Shown here: positions 48,483 to 63,516 of the stretch, piece by piece
How positions within the stretch are numbered: the first letter of the stretch is position 1
Layout of the letters: the number at the start of each line of letters is the position of its first letter
DNA from: Eledone cirrhosa
Taxonomy: Eukaryota
Assembly (NCBI GenBank): GCA_964016885.1
Contig: OZ024764.1
Coordinates: 23,188,001-23,252,000, forward strand
Direction: 5' to 3'
DNA length: 64,000 bases
Notes under the pieces: model-generated
Database searches by the model: none
Seen by the model: only the letters and a program-made list of their open reading frames with translations
Told to the model about the DNA's origin: nothing
Translations under genes and position numbers: made by a program

Positions 48483-51400
48483 CATCTGTGGTAAATCTTT
48501 CTCTCAAGGTGGTAACTTAACCAAGCATGTGCGTATTCATACAGAAGTTTAGCTGTATCAATATCAAACTCATTACATCATACTACAACAACAACAATTA
48601 TGTAGATCCATCATCCTTGCTAAAACTGGGGTCAACCTTGTAGGTTTTACCTAGGACAGGGATCATAAAACCAGGTTTCCATTTTTGAAGCAGTGTTTGA
48701 AGATTTTGTGTAAATTAAAGTTTTTCACATTAAACTTTGATTTATTATACTTTAACAGGTAAGATACATATTTGTATTTTTAGTAAAGGTTGGGAACTTC
48801 TGTAATTTAAACCTGCCAATAAAATGAAAACTTTTGTTGTTGTTAGTCAGACATTGATATTAATTCTATTGTCCTGTACATTGTCTCAAATATCACAGAT
48901 TAAACAGATTTTAACACTATCAACAGAAATCAATAACTTGTAAGCCTAATATCTAGCTTCCATTTTAACTATTTGATATTGTTATTCCCCTCCTGTCTCT
49001 TCAGGTCTTTTAGATTTCAACTTCTATCTACTGTACTATTCCATCACCAAGGCAACATTCATCTGGCTGGCAGCTTACATCAACTACAAATCTCATCAGT
49101 GGTTCACAACAGGCTGTCTGAAAGAAACTTCCAGATATCTTCTATGTCATAGCTATCAATATCCTCCTCCTTATCATATGTACCACTCTCACACTCCCTC
49201 TAGATCTTATATTTAAGAGGGAGATCTTTTACTGTCCCTACTCTTTTCTCTAGGTTGTCTTGTGCCTCTCTCACAGTCCCTATATATCTTATATTTAACA
49301 GGGAGATCTTTTACTATCCCTACCCTTTTCTCTAGATTGTCTTGTATCTCTTTCACAGTCCCTCTAGATCTTATATTTAACAGGGAGATCTTTTACTCTC
49401 CAACCCTTCTACAGATAGTCTTGTATATGTCATTCCCTCTAGGTCTTACACCTTGTATCTAGTCTATGTTGAGTGGTACGTCCTTCTCCAGTAAAGGAGT
49501 TAATATTCCCAACCATCTGTCTATCCTGTTTTCTGATGAGAATGAAGTCAATCTAGTTTATCTCTTCACCTGATTGAAGTAACTAGATCAAGTAACTAGA
49601 TGGTTTCCTGTAAGTTAGTGTTGCAGTGTTTGTGTCACCATGTAAGGTTTATATCTATTAATATAGAGATGTAGTAAAGTTTTCACTGTTGTATCTCTAC
49701 TTTCTAAATATCTTAATAATGTTTCTCTACTATTTCAGAATATCACATGACCTTGGCAGAAAAGAGTCTTTTAAAGACAACAGAAAGGTGTTACATACAA
49801 GTGATATAAACCTGTTTAGTCTGTGGTGAATTATGGTGAAATATTTCTTCTGAATTGAGATAGATAACAATATTTTCCTTTTTCACTGTCTGGAATATTT
49901 ACAAGATGATTTAACATTCTGATTAAACTTTAGATATTTACAAAGGAGTTTTCAAAATATTTGGATATTGACAAAGATCACATTTGGTAAAAATTATGAA
50001 CAATAGAAATATTTACATCAACATAGGAATATTTTCCAGAAGAGATGGGAAAATCATTATACCACTGTAATATTTGTGGTAAAGTATTCTCTATTCTTTA
50101 TATGTAGAACATCTAACTAAACACTTTAATTAACAAACTATTGTGCTATAAAATTGACAAACTTGAGCAATGTTTAATAAATGTTACAGATTTCTCCAAA
50201 CTGTCGTTTACTAACTTTAATTTGAAGCTATATTATCTATATACTACTAAAACTCTGTAATTGTGTCTTGTCTAATTTAATACAGCCTAAACTGCATAAT
50301 GGGGAAATACTTTGAAAGGAATAAAACAATTTTTGTATAAATTGGAGCACAGGTTCCCAAGATACAAGGTTTTCTGGGTACCTTGATATATATAGGGAGA
50401 GAAAGAGATAGTGGTTGTGAGAGTGAGGAGACAGATGGAAGAGAGAGAGAGAGCTGGTGGTGTTGTTTAATAAAATGTGTGTGTGTGTATATATATGTAC
50501 GTATGTGTATATTTTAACTATTTAAAAATCATTTTTAAATGACTTTTAAAAAATAGTTTTAAGGGAACGTGACCCAACAGGTCCCGGGTGGTCTAGTTTG
50601 TTACTAAATACTAGATATTAGAGGGTCATGTTGTTCTAGATGTGCTGGAAGAGCCATTCCATCTTGTGAGGTTCACACCAGCAGCTAGCCACCTCAGCAC
50701 CTATGGTGGTATATTTATTATATTATTTATTCTTTATCATTAACATTAATTTAAAAGATAATTATATATTTTTAGAGAAGAACCTCTAATTTCATATAGC
50801 TTAGGGCTTCAGTAGGTAAAAGTCTGGCCCTGCTTGTCTTGTATTTTTTAGGGGAGAAGTTAGGGAATACTGTTATTGTGTGAAAGTTTTCTAAATCTTC
50901 TTCAACCACTAACATGGAGAAGATATTTCAGTAAGAAGGTTCACATCCTGACATCTATAGCTGTTAACAATGAGATTGGAATTCATTATTAAACAAATGT
51001 TATATCATCATCACTGTTTTACATCAGTTTTTTCACGCTGGCATGGGTTAGACGATTTATCCTGTTGTAAGCATTGCCAAGTCAGGTGACCACGTGTTGC
51101 TCCTACAGAACAAATTTTGGATTGGTTTCTACAGCTGGATGCCCTTCCTAGCACCAACCTTATTTACATTGAGTACTGGGTGCATTTTACCATCTCACCA
51201 TCACGACCACTTTACAGTGTGGGCTGGGTGCTTTTTGTTGTGACACCTATATGACCACTTTACAGTGTGGGCTGGGTGCTTTTTGTTGTGACACCTACAT
51301 GACCACTTTAAAGTTTTGACTGGGTGCTTTTTGTCGTGACATCTACATGACCACTTTATAGTGTGGACTGGGTACTTTTTGTTGTGACACCAACATGACC

Positions 51401-52605
51401 ACTTTAAAGTTTTGGCTGGATACTTTTTGTTGTCACCTACATGACCACTTTACAGTGTGGGCTGGGTGCTTTTTGCCGTGACACCTACGCAACCGCTTTA
51501 CAGTGTGGGCTGGTTTCTTTTTGTCATATCACCTACATGACCACCTTATAATGTTTACTGTGTGTTCTTTGCAGTCTAGGCTGGTTTCTTTTTGTCATAT
51601 CACCTCCATGACCACCTTATAATGTTTACTGTGTGTTCTTTGCAGTGTGGGCTGGTTTCTTTTTGTCATATCACCTACATGACCACCTTATAATGTTGAC
51701 TGTGTGTTCTTTACAGTGTGGGTTGGGTGCTTTTTGTCATATCACCTACCCAACCACTTTGCAGTGTGGGCAGTGAAAGATCAGTAATGCACCAGCTCCA
51801 ATATTCAGTAATCAGAAGAAGGGAGGTAGGCATAAAAGCCAAACTTGCTGTCTTCAATTAGGTTTTTGTGCCAACCCTTACCTATGGTCACATATCTTGG
51901 GTAATGACCAAAAGAATATGATTGGGAATACAAATGGCAGATATGGGATTCCTCTGAAGGGTCTTTGAAGGAACGTTTCTCAATAAAGTGCATAGCTCTG
52001 AGATCAGAGAGTCACTGCAGGTGGAGCTGTTACTTCTCCGAATTGAGAGATCATAGCTGCAATACTATGGCCATGTGGTTAGAATGTCTGAGGAAAGAAT
52101 CACTGGATAGATTTTACAGGCTAAACTAACCGGCAGGAGACCCAGGGGTAGACCTGAGCAAGATGGTGACATAACATCCATGAGCTTGGCGGGTCTCTCT
52201 GGGAGATCCAGCCAGATCAGTTGGAGTGGGTTGCTTCTGACAGGACCTGTTGAAGGGAGTGTTTGAGGACTCTGCCCCCAAGACACTCTCTGGAATGACT
52301 GGATTAATAAGAAGAGGTTGAGGTTACATAATCAACATCAGATTTCCCTGCTAGCAAGGGTTTAATGAGTCTACTTCAACCAAGTAAGTACTGAAGTGAG
52401 GCTACTGATCTCCCAGACAGACCAAGGATCTGAGACTTATTACATAAGGTCTCATTTGCTGCTGAGTGCACAGAAAAGGTTGTCATGTCTTTGTCATGAT
52501 TGAAGGGTTCTCCAACCCTATTGTCAGGCAAGCTTTCTATGGCTAGATGTCCTTCACATGACCAACCACATTACAGCCTGTGTTGGGTCTGTTTATCATG
52601 TAGGT

Positions 52606-54651
52606 GAGGCATAACAAACTGAGGGTTCCCCAAGGGCCACATAGGTCACATGTGTTGTCTGAGGGTTGCACACTATAACTAATTATGTTCACGACAACTA
52701 ATTAAAGTCATTTAATAAAATTTAATATAGAAAGATTTGTTACTTAAATTTAGAAACATACAATGTACATACAAATGTTTTAGCAGCATTCATGAATACA
52801 AAGTAATGAAGTAGTTTGATAAAAAACTAAAATTTAACATGTCAACATATACTTGCAGATTGTAACAGCAACAAATACATTGTACACAAATAACAACAGT
52901 TGAAAACTGAACATTTATTTGCTACTATTCAACCATTTTTAGTCTTTTGTCCTGAGGCTTGACACTTCTTTCTGTTGACTATTTTTGGTATATCTGGCTG
53001 AAATGTCTGTACAGTTCCAACTTTAATCAGAAATGACAAGTGTTGATCTGTCAGCCTTGTTCTCTGAGAAGTTTTTGTTAAGCTAAGTACAGACTCAGTA
53101 TGGGCAGTGATTTTCAGCTCTTTGCACATAAGAAAATGAATTAAATTTTCATCTGACAACGGAGACTTCCATAAGCTAAGTTTTCTAATGAAGAACTTGA
53201 TGTCATCATACAACTGAGTGATGGGTTTGTCTTTACCTTGTAATTTCAAATTAAGGTCAGTTAATTGTGCAGTAATATCCACAAAAGAATCCAGATGTTG
53301 GAGCCAACTTTCATCTTTTATTTCACCTGTGTTTTGACCTTTCATCTCCAAAAACATAATTATTTCAACAAATAGAATCTTTTCAGCAGTTTCTGACATG
53401 TCAACCAGCAGACTTCTGTGTAGAATGGAACATCGGTCAACTGATTATCCACATCTTCCAACAACTGGCTGAACTAACGGTGTATGAGAGCACGGCCTTT
53501 GATTTAGTTCACTGTCTTTGTGACCAAGCTAAGCACATGATGCAATTTTAAAATCTTTGAACATAAATTTTGCTGATGAATAATAGTGAAAATGTGCAAA
53601 TGATGAATCTAGATATGAGTTTTCTATTTTTGTTTGTAACTTGGCAGCAACACCATTATGTCTACCAACCATATTTGCAGCACTGTCAGTAGATAAACAT
53701 GCAAGTTTACTCAGATCAAAACCATGCAGACACTGTTTGACCTTCTCAAAGATGTCCTGGCTTGTTATAGTGTCATGCATGGGGACCAGTTCAATCAGTT
53801 CTTCATAAATATTAAATTCACTGTCACAGGCCCTGATGAAGAATGCAAGCTGTACTATTCCAGTGATGTCAAGAGTCTCATCAATAGCAATAGAAACATG
53901 TTCAAACCTTGATGATACAGCCTTTAACTGTTGTTTCAGATCACCTGACATTTCATTAATCTGTTCAGCAACAGTGTTCCTGTTTAATGAAATGTCTTTG
54001 AATAACTCTGCTTTCTCAGGACAATTTCAGCTGTTTTTACAAGACATTGCTTTACAAAATCTCCTTCACTGTAAGATTTCCCACTCATGGCAATCATTTG
54101 ACTGAGTTCATAGCTTGCAGTAACGGAAGTGACATCCTCTTCCTGAATTAACATAAAACAGGTCTGTTGCTGTGTCAAGTTAACCTTCAATTCCTTGAGT
54201 CTTGAAACACACATTGGGCCTTCATATTTATCGTAAGATCGAGGGTTTGTTTCATAATGTCTTTTTAAATTGTACTCTTTTGGCGTGGAGATGTAGTTGT
54301 TGCAAATTAAACAGTGTATCTTTCTGTTCACCATTGGGCAAAAATACTGTAATTCCCACTTTTCTTGAAACACTTGCCCTTCTTCGTTCACTTTCCTTTT
54401 TCTCTTAGCTGGAGGAGCACTAACCATTTCAAAAACGAAATCTTTTGAAATTTTGAAAGAAAGTTTTCTGTTAATGAGCTGCACGTGATTAATGGAAGTT
54501 AAAAGTAGTTGACAAAAATTGCACCAAAAAAAATAATTGTATCGAAAATGTTTTAAATTTTATATTACGAAAATGAAACATGCTCGCACTGTAAAAACCT
54601 TTGTGTGGGCCGCAGGTTTGCTTGCAAAGGGCCGCATGTTTGATGTGTCTG
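52606..54651 (-). mobile_element. hAT element paralog, duplicate of 41687-43732
   Basis: Same TSD and ORFs at +10919. Confidence 0.93.
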
Positions 54652-56839
54652 ATGTAGGTTACCAACACTAGGGAGGGCAGCATGTCCTTCAGTGTGTTCT
54701 GCTACATTAACTACCAGGAGGTCACCACATGAGACAAAGAATACATTTCAAAGAAGGGTCATAAAAGAACTAAATACGAAAGTACCCACAATTCAGCAAA
54801 AAGCAAATAATTGTGCTTTGGGTCTAGGTTAAGGGGGCAGAAGTGCTGCGCCCTGTGGATAAGACTGCAAAAGTATTTGCTCCGGACGATGGACAGTTAC
54901 AGCCACCCCAACCTCATGGGACTCCCTCTTCAGAAGGGCCACCAACCTACTGATCTTACAGAGAGGCTTCGCAGTACGAGGTCTAAGTACTTCTGAGGTC
55001 TTGATGGTGACCGGTGTGAAGAGACCTACCTACAATTGATGTCATCCCAGTTATGTAGGACTGTAATATACTTGGGTTTAGAGAGGCCTTAACCTGTCTT
55101 AGCCGAGCCACCCAGGGTTGTGTCATCTAGGTACCAGACAGCTGTAACTAGACCATGTTGTCAACTGTCACCACCAATAGGAGTGAGGCGAGTGGGTCCC
55201 CTTGCTAGACACCATATATAAAAACGTATTTGCTAATTACTTTAATGAATAATTTGTTTCATACGTAATTATTACTTTTAACACAATAGGATTTTGTACA
55301 CGTGTTTGTTTGAAAACATCTTTCAAAGAAGTATGAGACAGTCTTTTGCAGTCTTCTGGAGTTGCGACCAATAGATAGTATTAGCTATTGGAAAGACCAA
55401 TGGAAACATTGTTTCCTCGGTCCGATTTGACTAAAAGTCGATCGTAAAAAAAATATATATATTTATATATATAGAGAGAGATAGAGAAACACACAAACGT
55501 ACACTACTGTAAAACATATGTAAGGGGAGACAACTCTTGTTACATCCCCCCTTCTTTTTGATATACGTGCTTTATATGTTTTGTACAATGGAACCTGCTT
55601 TATTTTGTGTCCTAAGTAGATTTCTGTTTAAGTATTTACGAGATTCACAATGATTCACGTAACGAAGTTACTTACATAGAGATATATTTCACATAGAATT
55701 ACAACAAATGAAAATATTAAGTCAACACTCTGTCAATCAGTCTCACATCATATGGGGTGCCGGAGTCTCCCTCTAATACTTTCTGAGACAGTCTTACCTC
55801 GAGTGATAGCAAGGCTAAGATGCTGGAACTACCAAACACCCTCATATGTATCACCTGACACCTCGGTAAGGAGAGCTGCCAACGATAACAAGAACCTCGT
55901 TGTCAGGGACCTATCTCCTCCAAACTTCTCCAACACCACAGACTAGAATATTCTACTCTTTATTCCCTATCAAATATATTTCAGTCTAGTCATTTATCTT
56001 GTATGTTGTATATGTATTTTCAAAACTAACTGTCACATTTGTGAGACCCCAGTTAGTGATGTTTTTGTCTCCCTCCCACATCCTACATGCTGTAGTAAAA
56101 GTGAGGGTCACTGCTTCTGTAGACGAACGAAATAAAAGTTAAACTACCAGTAATTATCGGCAAAGTATTTATTCCAGTCTGTGATGTTTGAGAAGCTGGG
56201 CTGCTGACAACGAAGTTGTTGTCACTGTTGGCGGCTGGCTTTACCGAAGTACCCGATGACTCTTGTGAGGGTACTTAGCTGTTTGGGTGGTTTAGCCTCC
56301 ACATGACATGATTTTACCGAGATACCCGGTGATCTCTGTCAGGGTACTTAGCTGTTCTGGCAACTTAACCTCCATATGACCCGATCTTACCGAGATACCC
56401 GGTGATCTCTGTCAGGGTACTTAGCTGTTCTGGCAACTTAGCCTCCATATGACCCGATCTTACCGAGATACCCGGTGATCTCTGTCAGGGTACTCGATTG
56501 ATCCAGCACCCTACTATATCTACCAACAGGTTATATCGAGGTATCAAGTGATACTCTTTTCAAGTCAAGACCTCCTCTGCTGTCCTCTGTCTTCCCACTG
56601 CCCTGTATTTCTACAGACTCACGAAAGTGGACACCACCTGAAGGAGAGAGTGGTTGGTGTAGTGGTCATCGCTGGCTATTGTTCGAGTGACACAGGTAAA
56701 ATACACTACCTAGACTGAGGTGAAATGTCTACCGTCCATTCCTCACCACCAACACCTTACTTTCTCTATTTTAATTACATTTACTGATTTCAACTTTCAT
56801 TTTTCTATTACAAACTTTACATAATTTAATTCGGTAAAA

Positions 56840-56989
56840 ATATTTTACGTCACAAAAAAACTTGACCTTTGACATTGAAGCATGCGCAGTGGTGCAGTTG
56901 TCGACTTCCTGTCCACGTGTTAGTCTTCCTACAACATCATTTAGACAACATTTCTGTAAATACTAAATACCTGAGACTATAATGTAAGT
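56840..56989 (+). promoter_or_regulatory. Putative promoter and exon 1 of ZNF gene D (donor at 56983/56984)
   Basis: Same motif cluster and donor as the other cassettes. Confidence 0.65.
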
Positions 56990-57994
56990 ATTATGTCTAT
57001 TAATATTGTAGATTTAAGCTCACTTTTCACATCACAAATATATATTTTCTTGTTTGTTTCATTACTGGAAATATAAAATGTTATCGTAATTATCTATATT
57101 TTACCTACCTCTAATTAATTAAAGTGAAAACTTTTGTTGTTGCTGAAAAATAAATTAACAAAACTAAATATTTAAATATTCTAAAGGTCGTTTTTATATT
57201 ATGTGATGATATAATTAATATATTTTATTACAATTGTATAAATTTACAGTAGAATAACGTTGTAAATATGTTTTAAATATATACATAAATAACATAAGTG
57301 TGTAAATAACATTATAAATTGCTGGCAATTCCTTGAGAAAGACATTACAAATATATTGTCTAAACTGTGTATAAAAATATAATTTATTGAACAATAATGA
57401 TAAAGGAAAGAAAAACACAGTGGGAGATGGCAATTGACCACCAAGTGTGATAATAGGCTACACCTCACACCTTAGGGGTTAACTACACACTTTGAGGCAA
57501 GCCAACACACTGGCAGCATTACTAAGGTGTTGAAATAACCAGGTACCCCCACGGTATCACCTGACACCTCAGTAAGGTGAGGCTAAGGTGCTGAAATAAC
57601 CAGGTACCCTCACGAGTATTTTCTCTGGACCCCTTAGATACTTGCAATAGACGTTTTATTCCCCAGTATTAGGGTTAGGGTTTCCGTTTTCAGGAAGAAA
57701 AATCGATTGCAAACATCTAAGAGGTCTAGAGATAAAATTAAGGAAAAATAATTATTTCCCAGCCAACTGGAGAAGTGTGTAGCTCTTCTAAACTCTGATA
57801 ATCCTGTCTCCCACTTCTTTATCTACAAATCTAGTCGTTTCCTGCTACTTTGAAGGCCCTATTTATTGATAACACCACTTGTAAATCTTTGTCAACTTTT
57901 CATACGTAAATTGTAAATCAGTTATTTTTAAACAAACTATCAAAGAAGTGATCTCACAGTAATTGTGTTTGATTTAATCAACTCATTCCCCCCA

Positions 57995-58190
57995 AACATT
58001 GTCGACCTTGTGTCTAAATCAGAAACTATTATTAGATCTTAAATCAACCCCGTAAAGATGAAGGGCAAAGCTAACTTCGGCGGGATTTCAACCCTTTATG
58101 TTATGAGTTCAAATACCACCAAAGTTAACTTTGTCTTTCATTCTAACGGGGTGGATAAATTAAAGTTCCAGTAATCTACTGGGGTCTGAG
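57995..58190. mobile_element. Cluster of Nin/Deu-like SINE fragments in opposite orientations
   Basis: aaccccgtaaagatgaagggcaaagctaacttcggcggga (minus) lies next to gagttcaaataccaccaaagttaactttgtctttcattctaacggggtggataa (plus). Both resemble 18540-18732. Confidence 0.65.
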
Positions 58191-58243
58191 ATATTAACGT
58201 TTGAGTAGATTCTATCTGTTGTGTGTTTGTATTTATAATCTTA

Positions 58244-58349
58244 CTAGAACACCTGTGACCTGATGGGTCACGTTCCCTTTAAAAATAATATTTAAATAAT
58301 TAAAATATACACAGACATGTATATAATGTAAAATGAAATTAGTAGGCCC

Positions 58350-58391
<42 letters not shown>

Positions 58392-58507
58392 GCTAGAGTC
58401 AGCAGCAACACACAACCATGTGTTGCTACACACACACAAGAGGAAAGAGAAAATTTAAAATTTATGAGACCAATAGAGATATGTACATTTATATATTTAT
58501 ATCTAGA
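58244..58507 (-). mobile_element. Short non-autonomous Helitron-like element
   Basis: The minus strand reads A|TCTAGATATAAAT ... (TA)n ... aagggaacgtgacccatcaggtcacaggtgttCTAG|T, with no TSD. Confidence 0.6.
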
Positions 58508-58569
58508 TATTGCTATTATCATTTACAGTCCCTCTGTGTTTAATGTATGTTCATTAGTATATGTGTTGT

Positions 58570-58876
58570 CATTTCTGCTTGCATTTTGCATATATACATA
58601 TATATATCTATATGTATGCTTGCGTGGACCCCTCTCAAAAATTCGTTGGATTTTCTAATTGGATACCCCGACAATGGATACCAATCACTGAATACACCTG
58701 AACTTCTACCAGGAAATCTTTCGTTGTTATTTCTGCTTGCATTTTATATGTATACATATATATATATCAATGCTTGCGTGGACCCCTCTTAAAGATTCGT
58801 TGGATTTTCTAATTGTTAACCCCGAAACTGGATACCAATCACTGAATACACCTGAACTTCTACCAGGAAATCTTTC
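58570..58876. repeat. Direct duplication of about 155 bp (2 copies)
   Basis: atttctgcttgcatttt...gcttgcgtggacccctct...gaatacacctgaacttctaccaggaaatctttc occurs twice. Confidence 0.9.
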
Positions 58877-59129
58877 ATATCAGTGAAAATTTTCTTTTCT
58901 TTGCTTCATATATATATATTATATATACTTGTCCGCCATTGCAAAAGGCCATAAATTCAAAATTTTGAAGAGAGAGGAAAAGAGAGAAGTAATCTATGAA
59001 CTTGTACATCTCACTGACCCCCCTCCCCCGTCACCACAATAACAATCACGCCTACACTCGCTCCCCACCATCACCACATTACTCTCAGGTCGCTGTCCTG
59101 TCCCCTGTTGACATACTGCTGACTCTCTT

Positions 59130-59835
59130 TTGATGTATGTATGTGTATATACATATGTGTATGTGTGTGTATATACATATGTGTATGTGTGTGTATATAC
59201 ATATGTGTATGTGTGTGTATGTGTATATCTCAGTGGATGCGACCAGATTTCAACACAGCAACAACTACAACAACAACAGCAGCAACAACAACAACAACAA
59301 CAGCAACAACACCATCGTCTGTGTTGAATGTGTGTGTGTGTGTATGTATTTGTATATATGCGACAGCAATAACAGCATCAACACCATTGTCTGCAGCAAC
59401 ACCAGCAGTGAAATGAAGGACAACAACAACAGCAACAACGACAACAACTACAATAACAACTACAGCACCAACAACTGCCACCACCATCACTGACCATCCA
59501 CCACCACCACGCTGGTACCATCCACCACCACCACACTGACACCATCCACCACCGCCATTACCAGCGTAAAGCAAACAATTATTATTGTTATTGTTATTAT
59601 ATACAAGCCGAACTGGACTGGGAAAGGTCAACAGTTGACATGATAGTGATTTTGACGACTTTGATTTTGTATCGGTTCTGTCGGTAATATATGTATATAT
59701 ATGTTTGTGAGTGGTGTGTGTGATTGTATGCATGAATGAGTGTTGGTATGTGTGGTTGTGGTTTGTATGCATGAGTGTTGGTGTGTGAGTGTTTGTGTGT
59801 GCGTCGTGCCAAAAAGTTTTTTTTTTTTTTTTTAT
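59130..59835. repeat. Compound microsatellite and low-complexity tract (TG/TA, CAA/CAG, CCA, polyT)
   Basis: Seen directly in the sequence. Confidence 0.95.
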
Positions 59836-59839
59836 GACC

Positions 59840-62800
59840 ATGCTGTAAAATGGAGGGGTAGAGAGGGCCCTTGAGTCTTGTAAGACATCCTCTCTAGTGC
59901 TGGTGGCACAAATAAAAGCACCCAGTCCATGCTGTAAAGTGGCGCTGGTGTTAGGAAGGGCATCCAACCAGTGTATCAATGCCAAAAAGCTTATCAGCAC
60001 AGCAACAAAACAGCATAGAAAAATATGAAGACGTCGCATCTCAGAGTTGCAACACTTAATGTTGGCACTCTCAGAGGTAGATCTGCTGAAATAGCGGAGA
60101 TGCTGGAGAGAAGGCAGGTGGATGTGTGCTGCGTGCAAGAGGTGAGATGGAGAGGTGCCTCTGCGAGACTAGTCGTAGGCAAGCGTCTTAGCTATAAGCT
60201 TTTCTGGGTAGGTAAGGATGATGGGTTAGGGGGAGTAGGCATTTTCCTGGCTGAGAAATGGATCAATAAGACAATAGAGGTAGTTTGAGTTAGTAATCGA
60301 ATAATTAAGCTTAGATTAGTTGTAGGCAGGAGACTACTGACAATCATCTCGGCCTATGCTCCCCAAGCAGGCCTAGGCAAAGATGAGAAAGACTGCTTTT
60401 ATGAGCAACTTTTGCAAACAACCACAATGACAGAGGACGGAGACATCGTTATGCTAGTAGGGGACTTCAATGGTCATGTTGGACAGCTCCAGGATGGTTA
60501 CACTGGGGTACATGGTGGGCACGGTTACGGTTCAAGAAATGAAGAAGGAGTGAGACTTCTTGAATTTTGTGATGCAAGTACATTGACTATTTGCAACACA
60601 AACTTCCAGAAACCTGCCAATCACCTAATAACCTACAAATCTGGTGAGCACATAAGCCAGATTGACTTCCTGCTAGTTAGGCAGCGGGACAGGCAGATAG
60701 TGTCTAATACCAAGGCATACCCTGTGGAAGAATGTACCCCACAGCATAGGTTAGTTGTTAGTGATATCTCAGTAAGCAAGAGATGGAATGAGACATATGG
60801 GAAGGTGTGGAGAAGAAAGGTCTGGAAGCTAAAAGACCTTTCACTAAAATTCAAATTTAGGAAAGCCCTTCAAGATGTATATGACGAAAAAGAAGACGAT
60901 TTAGAGACGTATGACATAGATAATAACTGGAAGTTCTTACGTGACAACTTGCTGCAGGCTACTGATGAAACCTGTGGCTGGAGCAGAGCTCCAACCAGAC
61001 AGAGAGTGACCTGGTGGTGGAACAGCACAGTAGATAAGGCCATTAGAGACAAAAGACTAGCATGGAAGGCTTGGAAAAAGGGTGGGAGTAGGGAAGAATA
61101 TACAGCCGCTAAGAGAGAAGCTAGATGTCAGGTGTACTTAGCACACAGGGAGGCTGAGAGTAGGAGGTTTGCCAATGTTCTGCGACGGGAAGATCAGAGG
61201 CGTGCGGTGTTCCAAATTGCAAGGCAGTGTGTCAATGCAAATCAGGATGTTGTTGGTGATAAATGTGTCCGGGATGATGCCGGTGTACTTAGTGTCACGA
61301 ATGACCAGAAAAAGGAGGCCTGGAAATGTCATTATGAGAGACTGATGAATGTGGAGAACGAATGGGAGAGAGAGAAATTACCCTTGGTAGATCCGACAGA
61401 GGGACCAGCTATTGAGATTGACGAATATAGGGTCCAAGAGGTGATTAGGGAAATGAAAAATGGTAAGGCGGCCGGACCATCGGGAATAGTTGCTGAGATG
61501 CTGAAGGCATCAGAGGACGTAGGCACTAAACTGGTTGCACGCATCATCAATCAGGCTATATATGGGGGTGTCATACCCAAAGACTGGTGCAGCAGTATTC
61601 TCATAAATTGCTACAAAGGTAAAGGGGATGCTTTGGAGAGGAGCAATTATAGGGGTATAAAGCTGATAGATCAGGTTATGAAAGTGGCAGAAAGGATTTT
61701 AGCACAACTAATTAGAGAAAGGGTCAAACTAGATGAGATGCAGTTTGGTTTTGTGCCTGGGAAGAGTACAACAGATGCCCTCTTCTTGGTGAGACAAATG
61801 CAAGAGAGGTTCTTAGAGAAGAATAAGCCACTATACTTAGCCTTTGTTGACCTAGAGAAGGCCTTTGATAGGGTACCCCGATCTGTCATCTGGTGGTCCC
61901 TAAGGAAGCTGGGTGTTGAGGAATGGCTTGTGAGGACAGTGCAAACTTTGTACAGAGGTACTCTCAGTAAAGTCAGGGTAGGAATGGAGTTTAGTGAGGA
62001 ATTCCAGATACAAGTAGGAGTACATCAGGGTTCGGTCCTCAGCCCGCTCTTGTTCATTATAGTCCTCCAAGCCATAACAGAGGAGTTTAAGACTGGCTGT
62101 CCATGGGAACTTCTCTATGCTGACGATCTGGCTCTTATGGCAGAATCAGTAGAGGAGCTAGAGAATAAATTCCGGCTATGGAAACAGCAGTTGGATGCAA
62201 GAGGACTGAGAGTAAATCTAGCTAAGACAAAAGTGTTGATGAGTAGAAAAGAGGACAAAACCCTGATTCCGTCAGGGAAATGGCCATGTTCGATATGCAG
62301 AAAAGGAACTGGCATAAATTCTATAAAATGCACACAATGCAGGTCCTGGGTACACAAGAGATGTAGCGGGATAGCAGGCAAACTAACAGGTAGGGAGAAA
62401 TATGTATGCAGTAGATGTACAGGGAAATTAGACAGTAGAAGTCGCACTGATAGACACATTTTTCAAATGCGAGAGGGCGCTATAGAAGTGGTGGATAGCT
62501 TTCGGTACCTAGGAGATCAGATTAGCATGGGAGGAGGGTGTTCCGAGGCCATAGTATCTAGAATAAGGACGGGTTGGAAGAAGTTTAGGGAGCTGCTTCC
62601 TCTGTTGACGAAGAAGGGTTTCTCCCTGCGTACGAAAGGCCGGTTGTATGATGCCTGTGTGAGGAGCGCGATGCTGCATGGTAGTGAGACATGGGCAGCA
62701 ACCGCAGAGGATATGCGACGGCTGGAGAGAAATGAGGCAAGCATGCTCCGTTGGATGTGCAGTGTAAATGTGCGTGAACGACCCAGCATAAATGTGTTGA

Positions 62801-63118
62801 GAGAGAAACTGTGTCTGAGAGGGATAGAATGTAGTGTACGGGAGAGGAGACTGAGGTGGTATGGACATGTGATGCGCATGGAGGATGACCGATGGGTGAA
62901 GAAGTGCCAGGAAATGCCAGTTGAGGGAAGACGTGGTAGAGGTAGACCACGAAAAACATGGGCGGAGGTGGTGAGAACAGACCTCAGATCATTGAAGCTC
63001 ACGGTGGAGATGACGAGGGACCGTGACGAGTGGAGAGATGCTGTGCTGAATAAGACCCGTCCCACCCTTGCGAGCAGGGAATAGCGGACGTAAAATGATG
63101 ATGATGATGATGATGATG
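59840..63118 (+). mobile_element. Apparently full-length RTE-clade LINE (copy 2) with a (GAT)n tail, in the intron of ZNF gene D
   Basis: Short 5' region, an APE-RT frame at 60025-63084, and a GATGAT tail at about 63096-63118. The 5' boundary is approximate and no clear TSD was found. Confidence 0.93.
60025..63084 (+). pseudogene. RTE polyprotein (APE, RT and PHD-like insert) interrupted by one in-frame TGA at 60286-60288
   Basis: ORFs 60025..60288 (LRVATLNVGTL, VCCVQEVRW) and 60412..63084 are in the same frame. The sequence between them reads VSNRIIKLRL..IISAYAPQ. Confidence 0.9.
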
Positions 63119-63204
63119 AATGGGAGTGTCTGTCACAGACGCACACACACAAGTCTCTTGTTATAATTTTAAAATTTTTCGTTCAACAACACCACCAGCT
63201 TTCT

Positions 63205-63222
63205 TACTCTCTCTCACTCTCA

Positions 63223-63261
<39 letters not shown>
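63205..63261. repeat. (CT)n microsatellite
   Basis: Seen directly in the sequence. Confidence 0.95.
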
Positions 63262-63262
<1 letters not shown>

Positions 63263-63516
63263 ATGAAGATACCTGAAAAAAATCTCGGGAACCTGTGCTC
63301 TGATTTACGTGAAACTTATTTTATCCCATTTGTATTCCCATTTCAGGGTCAACTTCCTTTCAAACTATTTTCCCATTATGCCCCGTTTTGGCTGTATTAC
63401 ATTACAGACAAGACACAATCACAGAATTTTAGGTTTATAATGTTATAGTATCATGATAGGGTAATACAGTTATTACAAATTTCTGAGTATCTTATAATGT
63501 TCTTTTATTATTTCAG

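Noticed and set aside
59130-60138. PolyQ, polyN, VC-repeat and 302-aa ORFs
   Set aside because: They are translations of compound microsatellites.
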